This document shows positions 20,713-30,684 of a stretch of DNA of 62,533 nt, one piece after another; the first letter of the stretch is position 1; the number at the start of each line of letters is the position of its first letter. Under the pieces are notes generated by a model. It saw only the letters and a program-made list of their open reading frames with translations, had not been told where the DNA came from and searched no databases. The position numbers and the translations under genes are program-made. Origin of the DNA: a virus (Duplodnaviria > Caudoviricetes); IMG/VR virus record IMGVR_UViG_3300031963_000146, positions 1 to 62,533 of that record, one strand, 5' to 3'.

Positions 20713-21245
20713 AACTAGATGATTTAAAAAAAATAGTTAAAGAGGAACTTCAAAAACATTTTGAAAGTCATCCATATTCTCTTGAAGATGAAATGATAAT
20801 AACAAATGAAGTTATGCTTGGAGAACTTCTTAATCCTGATAATTCATACCCATATATTAATAAAGGTAAAGGGATACGGGGATATAAGGACATGAACGAT
20901 GTTGAATTTATAGTAAGATTAACCTATCAACCAACATCTCCCCCATACCTAGAATTTAAAACAGGATGGTTTGATGAAAATGGAAAAATTACATATGAAC
21001 CATCAATACCCCCAGTTTCACCAAATTCATCAGCTATTGATTGGGATAAACGTTCGGATACAGTAGCTAAAATTTATAGAGATGAAATCTTACCATTTTT
21101 TAAACAACAAACATTAACAAATTTTATGGTAATAAAACCTATATCTTCTAGCAGAATGAAATTTGCTGAACGTTTAGTTAAAAAATTTACCCCAGATGAA
21201 TTTAAAACAGAATTTAAAGATAAAGAAATACAAATAATAAAATGA
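20709..21245 (+). CDS. Hypothetical protein inserted between nrdB and nrdA (MKLDDLKKIVKEEL N-terminus)
   Basis: ATGA overlaps with both neighbouring genes. Confidence 0.75.
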   Translation: MKLDDLKKIVKEELQKHFESHPYSLEDEMIITNEVMLGELLNPDNSYPYINKGKGIRGYKDMNDVEFIVRLTYQPTSPPYLEFKTGWFDENGKITYEPSIPPVSPNSSAIDWDKRSDTVAKIYRDEILPFFKQQTLTNFMVIKPISSSRMKFAERLVKKFTPDEFKTEFKDKEIQIIK

Positions 21246-22969
21246 GCATACAAGTAGATACAACAAACTGGGTTAAGGGAAAGCATTTTCCACCATTCAT
21301 GAACGAGATTTCATTATCAATGATTTCAAAAGGGTATTTGTTACCTGATGAAGATGTTTTTGGAGCATTTAAACGCGTTTCAAGGGCAGCTGCTAAACGT
21401 TTAAAACGTAAAGATTTACAACCATATTTTTATGAAGCAATGACCAAAAACTGGTTATGTTTAGCTTCTCCTGTTCTCTCAAATATGGGAACTGAACGTG
21501 GAATGCCCATTTCATGTTTTGGAATCGATACAGATGACTCAATTGAAGGAATTGCTTTAGCTAATTCAGAATTGATGCGCTTATCATCTCAAGGTGGAGG
21601 AGTAGGAATTGGTGTATCTCGAATTAGAGGAAGAGGTAAAACAATTTCAGGTAATGGAGTATCAGAAGGTGTAGTTCCGTGGATTAAAATATATGATTCA
21701 ACTATTTTAGCTACAAACCAAGGTTCAGTTAGGCGTGGAGCAGCATCAGTTAACTTAAATGTTAACCACCCAGATATTGAAGAATTTTTAATGATTCGAC
21801 GTCCAAAAGGTGATGTTAATAGACAATGTTTAAATATGCATCAATGTGTAGTAATTGATGACGAGTTTATGAATAAAGTTGAAAATCGTGACCCTAAAGC
21901 ACTTAAACTATGGGGTGAAATTTTAAAAACACGTTTAGAAACAGGTGAACCTTATATCATGTTTGAGGATAATGTAAATAATGCAAATCCTGAGGCATAT
22001 AAAAAGAACAATTTACATGTTTCAATGACAAATATTTGTTCTGAAATCTCACTTTACACAGATGAATTGCACTCCTTTATTTGTTGTTTATCCTCTCTTA
22101 ATTTAGCAAGATGGGAAGAATGGAAAGAATACAAATTTGAAAATGGAATGGACCTTCCAGAATTAACATGTTGGTTTTTAGAAGGTGTATTACAAGAATT
22201 CATTGATAGAGCAAAAAATATTCGTTTCATGGAAAACACATACCGTTCAGCGTCTAAAGGTAGAGCAATCGGTATTGGTGTTTTAGGATGGCATACGTTT
22301 TTACAAGAAAAAGGTTTACCATTTGCTGGCTTACAGGCAAATGCTTATACAAGAATGATGTTTGAATTTATTGAAAAAGGAGCATTAAAAGCATCTCGTG
22401 ATCAAGCAATAGAATATGGAGAACCAGAATGGTGTAAAGGTACAGGTTTAAGACATACCCACCATTTAGCAATTGCTCCAACAGTATCAAACGCTCATAT
22501 TTCAGGTGGTGTTTCTCCCTCAATTGAGCCAATTCCCGCAAACGTATTTAACTTAAAAACAGCTAAAGGCACATTTATTAAACGTAACCCAACTTTAGAA
22601 AAATTACTTGAATCTAAAGGATATAACATTGATAGCGTTTGGGAACAAATTGCAAAAGATAAAGGTTCGGTTTTGGGGTTACCTGATTATATTTTAACTG
22701 ATGAGGAAAAAGAAATATTCTTAACATTCAAAGAAATTAACCCATACGAGATAGTTAGACAAAATGCAATACGTCAAAAATATGTTGACCAAGCAATTTC
22801 ATTGAATTTAACATTTGATCCATCTGATTCACCAAAATATATAAGCGATGTACATAAACTAGCTTGGAGGGAAGGTATTAAAACATTATACTACATGCGC
22901 TCAGAATCTATTTTGAGGGGAGATACAATTTCAAGAGATGAAAGTAGCTGTGTTGCTTGTGAAGGATAG
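21242..22969 (+). CDS. nrdA: Ribonucleotide reductase class I alpha subunit (short, no ATP cone)
   Basis: ASPV, ISCF, GGGVG, RRGA, TNICSEI, CCLSS, IAPT, KTLYY and C-terminal CVACEG. Confidence 0.95.
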   Translation: MSIQVDTTNWVKGKHFPPFMNEISLSMISKGYLLPDEDVFGAFKRVSRAAAKRLKRKDLQPYFYEAMTKNWLCLASPVLSNMGTERGMPISCFGIDTDDSIEGIALANSELMRLSSQGGGVGIGVSRIRGRGKTISGNGVSEGVVPWIKIYDSTILATNQGSVRRGAASVNLNVNHPDIEEFLMIRRPKGDVNRQCLNMHQCVVIDDEFMNKVENRDPKALKLWGEILKTRLETGEPYIMFEDNVNNANPEAYKKNNLHVSMTNICSEISLYTDELHSFICCLSSLNLARWEEWKEYKFENGMDLPELTCWFLEGVLQEFIDRAKNIRFMENTYRSASKGRAIGIGVLGWHTFLQEKGLPFAGLQANAYTRMMFEFIEKGALKASRDQAIEYGEPEWCKGTGLRHTHHLAIAPTVSNAHISGGVSPSIEPIPANVFNLKTAKGTFIKRNPTLEKLLESKGYNIDSVWEQIAKDKGSVLGLPDYILTDEEKEIFLTFKEINPYEIVRQNAIRQKYVDQAISLNLTFDPSDSPKYISDVHKLAWREGIKTLYYMRSESILRGDTISRDESSCVACEG

Positions 22970-23001
22970 TAATATGTATAACAAAATAAAATTTTAAAGT
23001 T

Positions 23002-23211
23002 ATGGGAATTTCAAAACACATAACAAAAATGAAAAAAAATTACTACACTCCAACCCCAAAAAAATGGAGAAAACTTGGAGATACCCTACTTGCCGTTAGT
23101 ACAACCATAACAGGATACGCCGTATACGAGGATATAAAATGGGTTGCCTTAACAGCTTTAATTACAGGTGTAATAGGTAAGTTTTTAACAAATTTTTTCA
23201 CAGAAGAATAA
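23002..23211 (+). CDS. Putative holin
   Basis: 69 aa, basic N-terminus, two hydrophobic segments, directly upstream of the endolysin, late motif at 22972. Confidence 0.65.
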   Translation: MGISKHITKMKKNYYTPTPKKWRKLGDTLLAVSTTITGYAVYEDIKWVALTALITGVIGKFLTNFFTEE

Positions 23212-23229
23212 TTTATAAACAATATATTT

Positions 23230-23697
23230 ATGTTAACAACACAACAAACAATCAAAAAATACGGTACCCCAACAGAAACTGGAGCAGCTTATCTTGTTAC
23301 TGTTGATTTGCCTTACCCAATGAGATTAGCTTGGGATTTAGATACAACCGTTACTAGACTAAGATGTCATAAACTTGTAGCTGATAAATTTGAAGCTGTA
23401 TTCAAGGATATTTTAGCTCATTATGGTTTACCCAAAATTAAAGAACTTGGAATTGACCTATTTGGAGGTTGTTTCAACTTTAGAAAAATGAGAGGCGGTT
23501 CAGCATGGAGCAAACACTCTTGGGGAATTGCAATCGATTTAGACCCAGCCAGAAATACACTCAAAGAAACATCCAGAACAGCCAGATTTGCTAGACCAGA
23601 ATATAAACCAATGATTGATGCTTTTTACAAACATGGTTTTATTTCTTTAGGTGTAGAAAAAAACTATGATTGGATGCATTTTGAGATTAAAGAGTAA
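23230..23697 (+). CDS. Endolysin, peptidase M15 (L-Ala-D-Glu type)
   Basis: FNFR..RG...[11 protein letters not shown] and DWMHFE zinc-peptidase motifs. Confidence 0.92.
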   Translation: MLTTQQTIKKYGTPTETGAAYLVTVDLPYPMRLAWDLDTTVTRLRCHKLVADKFEAVFKDILAHYGLPKIKELGIDLFGGCFNFRKMRGGSAWSKHSWGIAIDLDPARNTLKETSRTARFARPEYKPMIDAFYKHGFISLGVEKNYDWMHFEIKE

Positions 23698-23717
23698 TAA
23701 ATTTTTTAAAATGTTTT

Positions 23718-23738
23718 GGCCCCTTAAGGGGCCTTTTT
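23718..23738 (+). terminator. Terminator hairpin overlapping the next promoter
   Basis: Perfect palindrome GGCCCCTTAAGGGGCC followed by T5. Confidence 0.8.
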
Positions 23739-23750
23739 ACATTTCGGAAT

Positions 23751-24860
23751 ATGAAACAAAATTATTTACCTTGGTTTTTACTGTTTTGTGCAGTAGGACT
23801 TTCAACAACAGCAGCCTACTATAGTGTAGTAGGTTTATCTATAGTGTTTATAGGCGCAGCAATGCCTGTTATAGTAATGGGTTCATTTTTAGAGATATCT
23901 AAAATTGCAATTGCCACTTATCTTCATAATGCTTGGAAAAAAACATATACACTTTTAAAAGTATATTTAACTATAGCATTAGTGGTTTTATCTGTTATTA
24001 CCTCTATTGGAATTTATGGTTTATTAAGTACTGGATTTCAACAAAATATTGCTAAACTTGAAATTAGTGGAAAGCAAATCAAAAATATTGAAGTTAAAAA
24101 ACAGAGATTTGAGGATATTAAATTGGATCTTGAACAAGAAAAAACCAATTTAGACAAAGATATATCCCAGTTACGAAATGCTCTTTCAACAAATACTACA
24201 ACCCAATCAGTAGACCGTAAAACAGGCCAAGTGGTAACAAAAGCAAATAATGCAAATCGTAAATCATTTGAAACCCAACTCACCTCAGCACAATCTAATA
24301 AAGATAAAATATCTACCAAAATAGATGCTTTAAATGACTCGATTACAAACTTGGATTTGAAAATATTGGATATGGAATCTACAGCTACTGAATCAAATGA
24401 ACTTGGAGCTGTACAATATGTGAGTAAAATTACGGGTGCAAGTTTACAAACTGTAGCAAATTGGTTTATATTTTTGTTAATTTTTGTGTTTGATCCATTA
24501 GCCATAACCTTGGTGATAGCAACAAACCAAGCGTTTGAGCAAAAAAAAACTAAATTAAACATTTATGGTGAACCTAAAACACACTGGCAAAATGAAGCTG
24601 ATAGGGTTTGGGGAAAAGTTGCTGAATTAAAAGACAAAGGTGTATTCACTGAAGTAACTGAAGAGGAAAAATTAGATGAACCATCTGCTTTAGCAAATTC
24701 CCAATATAGAAACGAATACTTAACAGAGGATGAAAAATTAAGAATCCAAAAAGAAATTGAGATAGTAAAAAATTCTAACACATCCAGTAAAAAGAAAGGA
24801 GCAACCCTTCAAAATCTCCAAAAACAATTAAACAATATAGATAATCAAATAACTTACTAA
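23751..24860 (+). CDS. Membrane protein with long coiled coil
   Basis: Three N-terminal TM segments, coiled-coil middle, and a fourth TM (FIFLLIFVFDPLAITLVIA). Confidence 0.75.
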   Translation: MKQNYLPWFLLFCAVGLSTTAAYYSVVGLSIVFIGAAMPVIVMGSFLEISKIAIATYLHNAWKKTYTLLKVYLTIALVVLSVITSIGIYGLLSTGFQQNIAKLEISGKQIKNIEVKKQRFEDIKLDLEQEKTNLDKDISQLRNALSTNTTTQSVDRKTGQVVTKANNANRKSFETQLTSAQSNKDKISTKIDALNDSITNLDLKILDMESTATESNELGAVQYVSKITGASLQTVANWFIFLLIFVFDPLAITLVIATNQAFEQKKTKLNIYGEPKTHWQNEADRVWGKVAELKDKGVFTEVTEEEKLDEPSALANSQYRNEYLTEDEKLRIQKEIEIVKNSNTSSKKKGATLQNLQKQLNNIDNQITY

Positions 24861-24881
24861 TACGTATAATAAAATTTAAAA

Positions 24882-25823
24882 ATGGCAACACCAAACCCAA
24901 ACATCATCTACCGTTCAGGCTCAGTCGGACCCTTAACATTTGATCAATTAGATGGTAACTTTGCTTACCTTTCCCAATCAATTGCTAATATTTCTACCCC
25001 AGTATCAACTTCATATGCATCAACTGCTTCATATGTAGAAAATGCTCAAACTGCTTCATATTTTCAAGAAACAGACCCTGTATTTACAGCGGTATCTGGT
25101 ACATTTGTTTCAACATCTTCATTTGATTCATTTACATCTTCATACTCTTCAGATAGTGCTTCATTTGATACTCGTATTACTGATTTAGAATCATTTAGTT
25201 CTTCACTCGATGCAACTTTTGCAACAGAAGCAGAATTGAACTCAGCAACTTCTTCTTTAAGTTCATCATTTGCTGGTGAAATTGATGGACTAGCTTCAGC
25301 GGATGAACAAACAATTGAACTTGATACTCTAAATAATGTAATTCGTTTAAAAGAAACGGTAGCTGCCCCTATTTCTGGGACACGCACGTTTGAAGGAAAT
25401 GTTACAATAACAGGTTCTTTAAATGTTTTAGATCCTATAACAGGAAGTTTAATACAAGTAACAAATGTTCAAGGAACCGGATCTCTTTACTTAAAACCTG
25501 ATGGAAGTGATATAGCAGAAAGGCAATTTGAAATTTACAATACCGCTCCATCAGACATACATTTTAAAGGTAGTGCCACACATAGTTTCTTTGGTGATGA
25601 TACTAATTATCTTAAAATAGATGATAGTGCAGCAACAGTTACTATTGGTTCAACAAATGGATTATTTATTGATTCTGATACTACTATTAATAGCATTCTT
25701 CAATTACAACTAAGAACTACTAACCCACCAACATCATCAGAAGGAATGATTATGGCTTCAGGTTCAGCAGGATCTAGTGTATTGTATTACTATAATGGTA
25801 CTAGCTGGAATGCTTTATTCTAA
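24882..25823 (+). CDS. Ser/Thr-rich fibre-like virion protein
   Basis: LTFDQLDGNF N-terminus, TASY repeats, ITGSL and C-terminal YYYNGTSW; late motif at 24860. Confidence 0.6.
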   Translation: MATPNPNIIYRSGSVGPLTFDQLDGNFAYLSQSIANISTPVSTSYASTASYVENAQTASYFQETDPVFTAVSGTFVSTSSFDSFTSSYSSDSASFDTRITDLESFSSSLDATFATEAELNSATSSLSSSFAGEIDGLASADEQTIELDTLNNVIRLKETVAAPISGTRTFEGNVTITGSLNVLDPITGSLIQVTNVQGTGSLYLKPDGSDIAERQFEIYNTAPSDIHFKGSATHSFFGDDTNYLKIDDSAATVTIGSTNGLFIDSDTTINSILQLQLRTTNPPTSSEGMIMASGSAGSSVLYYYNGTSWNALF

Positions 25824-25848
25824 GATATAATTTTTTATTAAAAAAACT

Positions 25849-25871
25849 AGGCTCCTCAAAGGAGCCTTTTT
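25849..25871 (+). terminator. Terminator hairpin overlapping the next promoter
   Basis: AGGCTCCT-CAA-AGGAGCCT followed by a T tract. Confidence 0.8.
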
Positions 25872-25894
25872 ATATTTACGGTAAAATAAAGGTT

Positions 25895-26407
25895 ATGTTA
25901 TTCAAAACGTCTGATCCACAAACAGTAGCAAAAGAAATCTCAAAACTACAATCTCTCAACTACAACCAATTTAGATGGTGGAGACGTTTTGATACTAAAG
26001 TAAAACCACTTCCAAAAAGTGCTACATTCCTTCAACGTATCCAAAACGGTGAATTTGAATTTTCCCACTACTACTGGCAATGGAAATTATCCGAGCTAGA
26101 ACTTAATGAACTTTACAAAAAATACAATGGTGATGTTCAAAAACTACTTGAAAATAATTCAGTTGATTTAGCTCGTAGAAAACGTTTAATAGAGGATTTC
26201 GAAAAAGACGAGAATGCTAGATTGGATGCTCTTTTAAAAGGTTTTTTAAGGGAATTTGATATGACAAAAGAGGATTATTATCTTCATCTTGAAAATTTTG
26301 ATGGTACAACAGAGGAATTTTATATGTACTGTTTAAAAACATTTGATAGAACAGGTAAACAACCTGAAAGACGTGGTAGACCCAAAAAACAAATATATGA
26401 CAATTAA
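25895..26407 (+). CDS. Hypothetical protein (C-terminal AT-hook-like RRGRPKK)
   Basis: 170 aa ORF behind a sigma-A-type promoter. Confidence 0.75.
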   Translation: MLFKTSDPQTVAKEISKLQSLNYNQFRWWRRFDTKVKPLPKSATFLQRIQNGEFEFSHYYWQWKLSELELNELYKKYNGDVQKLLENNSVDLARRKRLIEDFEKDENARLDALLKGFLREFDMTKEDYYLHLENFDGTTEEFYMYCLKTFDRTGKQPERRGRPKKQIYDN

Positions 26408-26618
26408 AGAATTGATTGAAAAACTAAGTGAATTAGATCCTGAATTACATGTTTTTGTACCTGGATATGAAGGAGGATACCATTATGTATCCCTTTCAGA
26501 ACCAGATAAATTTTGTTTAAATGTGAACACCGAATGGTACTATGGACCACATGATAAACCATCTAGTATGGGAAAAGATAAATCAAATTATAAAATAGTA
26601 AACGGAATAGTATTATGA
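26397..26618 (+). CDS. Hypothetical protein
   Basis: MTIKELIEKLSELDPEL, a common small phage protein start; ATG at 26397. Confidence 0.7.
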   Translation: MTIKELIEKLSELDPELHVFVPGYEGGYHYVSLSEPDKFCLNVNTEWYYGPHDKPSSMGKDKSNYKIVNGIVL

Positions 26619-26974
26619 CAGCAGAACAATTTACATATTGGCTACAAGGATTTATGGAAATCTGTAACCCAGAAATACTTGATGAAAGTCAAACCCAAAT
26701 CATAAAAGACCATTTAAAATTGATATTTGATAAGCAGACACCAGATAGATCTTTCCCTTCAATACCACCCGGAGAAGGATTTAGAATCACCCCATACCAA
26801 ATTACGTGTGATGACAATAATAATTTTCCAGATCTAATGACTACTCCATTATGTAGTGGAACTACAATAACAACAACACCACTTGATCCTGATATTCAAA
26901 AGGCAATGAATGATTTTGCTAAAGAAGCTAAAAAAGAAATAAAAAGGAGTAGAGTTAACGAATTAAAATGTTAA
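26615..26974 (+). CDS. Hypothetical protein
   Basis: MTAEQFTYWLQGF; coupled to neighbouring genes. Confidence 0.7.
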   Translation: MTAEQFTYWLQGFMEICNPEILDESQTQIIKDHLKLIFDKQTPDRSFPSIPPGEGFRITPYQITCDDNNNFPDLMTTPLCSGTTITTTPLDPDIQKAMNDFAKEAKKEIKRSRVNELKC

Positions 26975-28050
26975 TTGTGAATTACTTAGATAAACAATAC
27001 CAGGAACTTCTATTTGACATCATTGAAAATGGCGTTGATAAAGATACTAGAAATGGAAAAACACGTTCTGTGTTTGGTAAACAAATCAGACATAAAATGT
27101 CAGATGGATTTCCACTTTTAACCACAAAAAAATTACATTTTAAATCGATTGTAACAGAATTGTTGTGGTTTTTACGTGGTGATACAAACATTAGATATCT
27201 AGTTGATAATGGGAATACTATATGGGTAGGAGATGCTTACAAAGCATACACAGACAAATTTGTAGGGTATGATGATGTTCCTAGTAAGGAATGGTTTATT
27301 GAGGAAATAAAACGTAACCCTGAATTTGCTCAAAAATTTGGGAATTTAGGTCCTATCTATGGTAAACAATGGAGAAAATGGAAAACATTTAGAACCACAA
27401 GCTATACTAACCCATCCAAACCAACAGATAGTGTTGAATATATAGACCAAATCGCAAATCTAATTAACGACCTTAAAACAAACCCAGACTCGAGACGGTT
27501 AATGGTTAATGCTTGGAATGTAGGTGAGATAGACCAAATGGTTCTTCCACCTTGTCATTATGGATTTCAAGTTTATACAAGAGAATTGAGTTTGGAAGAA
27601 AGGAGAAAATTAGCAAATCACGATTCGCAATTTATCTCACCAATCACAGTAGAATCTTGGGATAGAGCTAATATTCCAACCAGAGCAATCTCCCTAATGT
27701 GGAATCAACGTTCAGTAGATACATTCTTAGGTTTACCATTTAACATCGCTTCTTATGGATTGTTATTGGAAATAATTGCTAAACTAGTTAATATGGTTCC
27801 TGATGAATTGATTGGAAACTTAGGTGATACACATTTGTATTTGAATCACATTGAACAAGCAAAAGAACAGATTAGTAGGGAACCATACCCACTACCTAAA
27901 TTAATTTTAGATGATTGGTATTCTACTCAAGGCGACCTATCAAATACACCAAAAGATATATCTGAGTTTTTAAAGAATATTCATGTATCACATATTAGGA
28001 TTGATAATTATCAACCACACCCATCAATTAAAGCTCCACTATCAAATTAA
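26968..28050 (+). CDS. thyA: Thymidylate synthase
   Basis: FPLLTTKK, ELLWF, GPIYGKQWR, SRR, LPPCH, QRSVD, GLPFN, HLYLNH. Start may be GTG at 26977. Confidence 0.97.
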   Translation: MLIVNYLDKQYQELLFDIIENGVDKDTRNGKTRSVFGKQIRHKMSDGFPLLTTKKLHFKSIVTELLWFLRGDTNIRYLVDNGNTIWVGDAYKAYTDKFVGYDDVPSKEWFIEEIKRNPEFAQKFGNLGPIYGKQWRKWKTFRTTSYTNPSKPTDSVEYIDQIANLINDLKTNPDSRRLMVNAWNVGEIDQMVLPPCHYGFQVYTRELSLEERRKLANHDSQFISPITVESWDRANIPTRAISLMWNQRSVDTFLGLPFNIASYGLLLEIIAKLVNMVPDELIGNLGDTHLYLNHIEQAKEQISREPYPLPKLILDDWYSTQGDLSNTPKDISEFLKNIHVSHIRIDNYQPHPSIKAPLSN

Positions 28051-28108
28051 AAAAATCCTTGGCTTAGTAAATATTCTTTTGTATATTTCGAGTATAAAAA
28101 TAAAAGTT

Positions 28109-28339
28109 ATGACAGTTAGAAAAAAAATCAAATCGAAATTTTTAAGTGCCCTCCGTAAAGTAGGAATGTTGTGTAAACAACCAATTGAAACTACAAAATA
28201 TATTAAAGTTTCAAAAACAGTTTATCCTGATGGTACTGAGATGAAACATCATAGAATAACATCTGTACCTGAAAATAGAAACGACTTTGAATCTCAAGTC
28301 CATATCTTCCATGAAATTAAAAATTCAGTTAGTAAATAA
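28109..28339 (+). CDS. Hypothetical protein
   Basis: ATG at 28109 after the promoter at 28059-28089 and an AAAGTTATG start context. Confidence 0.65.
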   Translation: MTVRKKIKSKFLSALRKVGMLCKQPIETTKYIKVSKTVYPDGTEMKHHRITSVPENRNDFESQVHIFHEIKNSVSK

Positions 28340-28357
28340 TCCCCTAAAATAAAAGTT

Positions 28358-28675
28358 ATGAAAGTCACAAAAGAAAAAGTAATGAGTGTAATCAAACCAG
28401 CTTTAAATGTTATAGTAATTGTATCACTTGTAGCTACAGCATTCCAATTAGGTAGCTTGTATCAATCATCTAAACAATCAGAGACCAAAATAGAAAACCC
28501 ATATGCACATGCATTTTCCCCAGAGGAAATTTCAATTGCAGTAAACGAATCAAATGAATTGATTATGATTGAAAGAGCAACTGGAAAATATATTGTATAT
28601 TCAGATCAGATTGGTCAAACAATTTTTGGAATGTATGCAAACCGTATTCACCAAGAAGTAAATGCTGGTAAATAG
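28358..28675 (+). CDS. Hypothetical membrane-anchored protein
   Basis: One N-terminal hydrophobic segment; coupled to the SLT gene. Confidence 0.7.
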   Translation: MKVTKEKVMSVIKPALNVIVIVSLVATAFQLGSLYQSSKQSETKIENPYAHAFSPEEISIAVNESNELIMIERATGKYIVYSDQIGQTIFGMYANRIHQEVNAGK

Positions 28676-29183
28676 TATTAAAATCGGATTAGTGGTGGGA
28701 GCATTTGCTACTGCCACTTTTTCCGTTACTGAATCGGATGTTGAAACAACTCAAGAAGTGCGTATTCCGAGCAGTATCGACCAAGGTTCACCACCATGCC
28801 TACAAATGTACAAGTACATTAAAGCATACGCAGATACATTTAATATACCTGCAAATTTTGCTTTTGGAATAGCATACGCAGAAACAAGATATAATGGTCC
28901 ATTTCAATGGAGATACAATCCTGCTCAAACATCTTGTACAGGTGCTGAAGGACCAATGCAAATTTTACTTTCAACGGCACGTTGGGTAAACAAAGATAAA
29001 GTATCTAGAGAACAATTGCGAACTGATGTAAAATATAATGTAAAAACTTCAATGAAGTATTTAAAAATGTTATACAAAACATACAAAGATTGGGCTATTG
29101 TAGCAGGATACTACAATACAGGTTATCCTAGAGTAAACGATTATGCTAGAAAAGTAGTAAATTTTAAAATAGATTGGAAATGA
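28662..29183 (+). CDS. Lytic transglycosylase (SLT domain) with N-terminal signal/anchor
   Basis: IAYAET (catalytic Glu), GAEGPMQI, YLK.L, YYNTG motifs. Confidence 0.85.
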   Translation: MLVNSIKIGLVVGAFATATFSVTESDVETTQEVRIPSSIDQGSPPCLQMYKYIKAYADTFNIPANFAFGIAYAETRYNGPFQWRYNPAQTSCTGAEGPMQILLSTARWVNKDKVSREQLRTDVKYNVKTSMKYLKMLYKTYKDWAIVAGYYNTGYPRVNDYARKVVNFKIDWK

Positions 29184-29428
29184 AAAGAGTAATTTGTATA
29201 AATGACAAGAATTTACCTTCAGGTGCGGTTTTACAAGAGGGACAGGAATATAGAGTAGAACAAGAATACGTAAACAATTTTGAACAACGTGTTTACATTT
29301 TATATGGTATAATTAATGAAGGAACTACCCCAATGGGTTTACGTTGGATTGGATATGATGCAGCTCGCTTTGCAGACCCAGAAACAGCTCAACAAGTGTT
29401 AGAAGAACAAAAATATGAATATGCGTAA
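29174..29428 (+). CDS. Hypothetical protein
   Basis: 84 aa, KRVICIND...G.EY.V small beta-barrel-like start. Confidence 0.7.
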   Translation: MEMKRVICINDKNLPSGAVLQEGQEYRVEQEYVNNFEQRVYILYGIINEGTTPMGLRWIGYDAARFADPETAQQVLEEQKYEYA

Positions 29429-30215
29429 AGTAAAATTATCACATGAGGTACCATTTTGCCTCTTAGAAAAAAGTAGAGAATTCAACGACTACGATTACTG
29501 CTTACCCCATTTAATGGATGAAAACGAAGAATATCGTAATTTCTTCTACAAGTCAAAGGAAATGAGCCGATATATTGTAATGGACAATTCCCTCCATGAA
29601 CTTGGAGAAGCATACAATACAGAACGTTTAATGTATTGGGTAAATGAAATTAAACCAAATGAGTTTATTGTACCGGATGTTTGGGAAGACTATACAGCAT
29701 CTGTTAGAAACGCAAAACAATGGTCAACTGTTGAATTACCTGAAGGTGTTACAAAAGTAGCTGTAGTTCAAGCAAAATCATTACATGAAGCGTATTTATG
29801 TGTTCAATCTTACAAAGATTTTGGATACAAGAAAATAGCATTTTCATACGGTGCACAATACTACCATGATTTAGCCCCACATCCTGATAAAGATTTTGGA
29901 AAAGCAGTTGGACGTTTTATGGCACTTTCACAAATGTATGATGATAAACTTTTATCCCCATCAGATAGAGTACATTTACTTGGAACTGCTTCACCTATTG
30001 AATTTGGTTTATACAAAAATATTAAATGTATAGAATCAATTGATACTTCAAATCCAATTATGGCGGGAATTGAAAAAAGAATGTACTCTAGTTTAGGTAT
30101 ATCTCCTAAACCAGTAGCTAATATGAACAAATATCAAGATGTAAGTGAAGATTTTATCGAACCTGAACTTATAGAATATAATGTTCGAAAATTTCGTGAA
30201 ATAAATGGACTCTAA
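29415..30215 (+). CDS. dpdA: Divergent TGT-fold protein, putative DNA 7-deazaguanine transglycosylase (DpdA-like)
   Basis: Ordered motifs MDNS, VPDV, VVQA, VHLLG and SIDTS match TGT/DpdA catalytic positions; adjacent to que genes. Confidence 0.7.
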   Translation: MNMRKVKLSHEVPFCLLEKSREFNDYDYCLPHLMDENEEYRNFFYKSKEMSRYIVMDNSLHELGEAYNTERLMYWVNEIKPNEFIVPDVWEDYTASVRNAKQWSTVELPEGVTKVAVVQAKSLHEAYLCVQSYKDFGYKKIAFSYGAQYYHDLAPHPDKDFGKAVGRFMALSQMYDDKLLSPSDRVHLLGTASPIEFGLYKNIKCIESIDTSNPIMAGIEKRMYSSLGISPKPVANMNKYQDVSEDFIEPELIEYNVRKFREINGL

Positions 30216-30264
30216 TTTGGAGTCCATATCTAATTTTATTATATTTAACCCAAATAAAAAAGTT

Positions 30265-30528
30265 ATGGAATATTTAAGTTTATATGATTACCTAGGAAAA
30301 CCAGCAGGGCCAGGATTAGGTAAAGAAGTTTATGAAACCGCTAGAACTCAAGGAATTAAAGCTCAATCTCGAGAAATTTCAAACCCCAAATTTACAGGAA
30401 AAGTACTTTTGTATCCTAAAAATTTTCTTGATTTTTATTTCAGAGAACCATATCCAATTCATATGGACGATTTACCTAAAGGACATGATTGGACAGGAAA
30501 TATTGATGATGACGATTTACCGTTTTAG
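30265..30528 (+). CDS. Hypothetical protein
   Basis: ATG at 30265 after the promoter at 30216-30247; ends DDDDLPF. Confidence 0.7.
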   Translation: MEYLSLYDYLGKPAGPGLGKEVYETARTQGIKAQSREISNPKFTGKVLLYPKNFLDFYFREPYPIHMDDLPKGHDWTGNIDDDDLPF

Positions 30529-30530
30529 TT

Positions 30531-30683
30531 ATGGCAAAAGAGACATTTGAAGAATATAGAAAACTCTGGAAATTAGAGTGGTATGACCATTGGAGACTCT
30601 TGGATATTGATTTTGAAGCTTATATGTTGATGAGAGGATTACCAAAAGAAGAATTTGATAGATTAAACAAAGAAGAACAATAA
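30531..30683 (+). CDS. Small hypothetical protein (50 aa, not in ORF track)
   Basis: MAKETFEEYRKLWKLEWYDHW... fills the gap exactly; AGTTATG start. Confidence 0.65.
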   Translation: MAKETFEEYRKLWKLEWYDHWRLLDIDFEAYMLMRGLPKEEFDRLNKEEQ

Positions 30684-30684
30684 T

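Noticed and set aside
19759-22969. Intron or intein in the RNR genes, PolB, helicase or ThyA
   Set aside because: Each is a continuous ORF of plausible length without intein termini; the ORF between nrdB and nrdA is a separate gene.
23002-23040. Holin dual-start (Met1/Met10) antiholin motif
   Set aside because: Two in-frame ATGs exist, but the spacing differs from the lambda S pattern and nothing else supports it.
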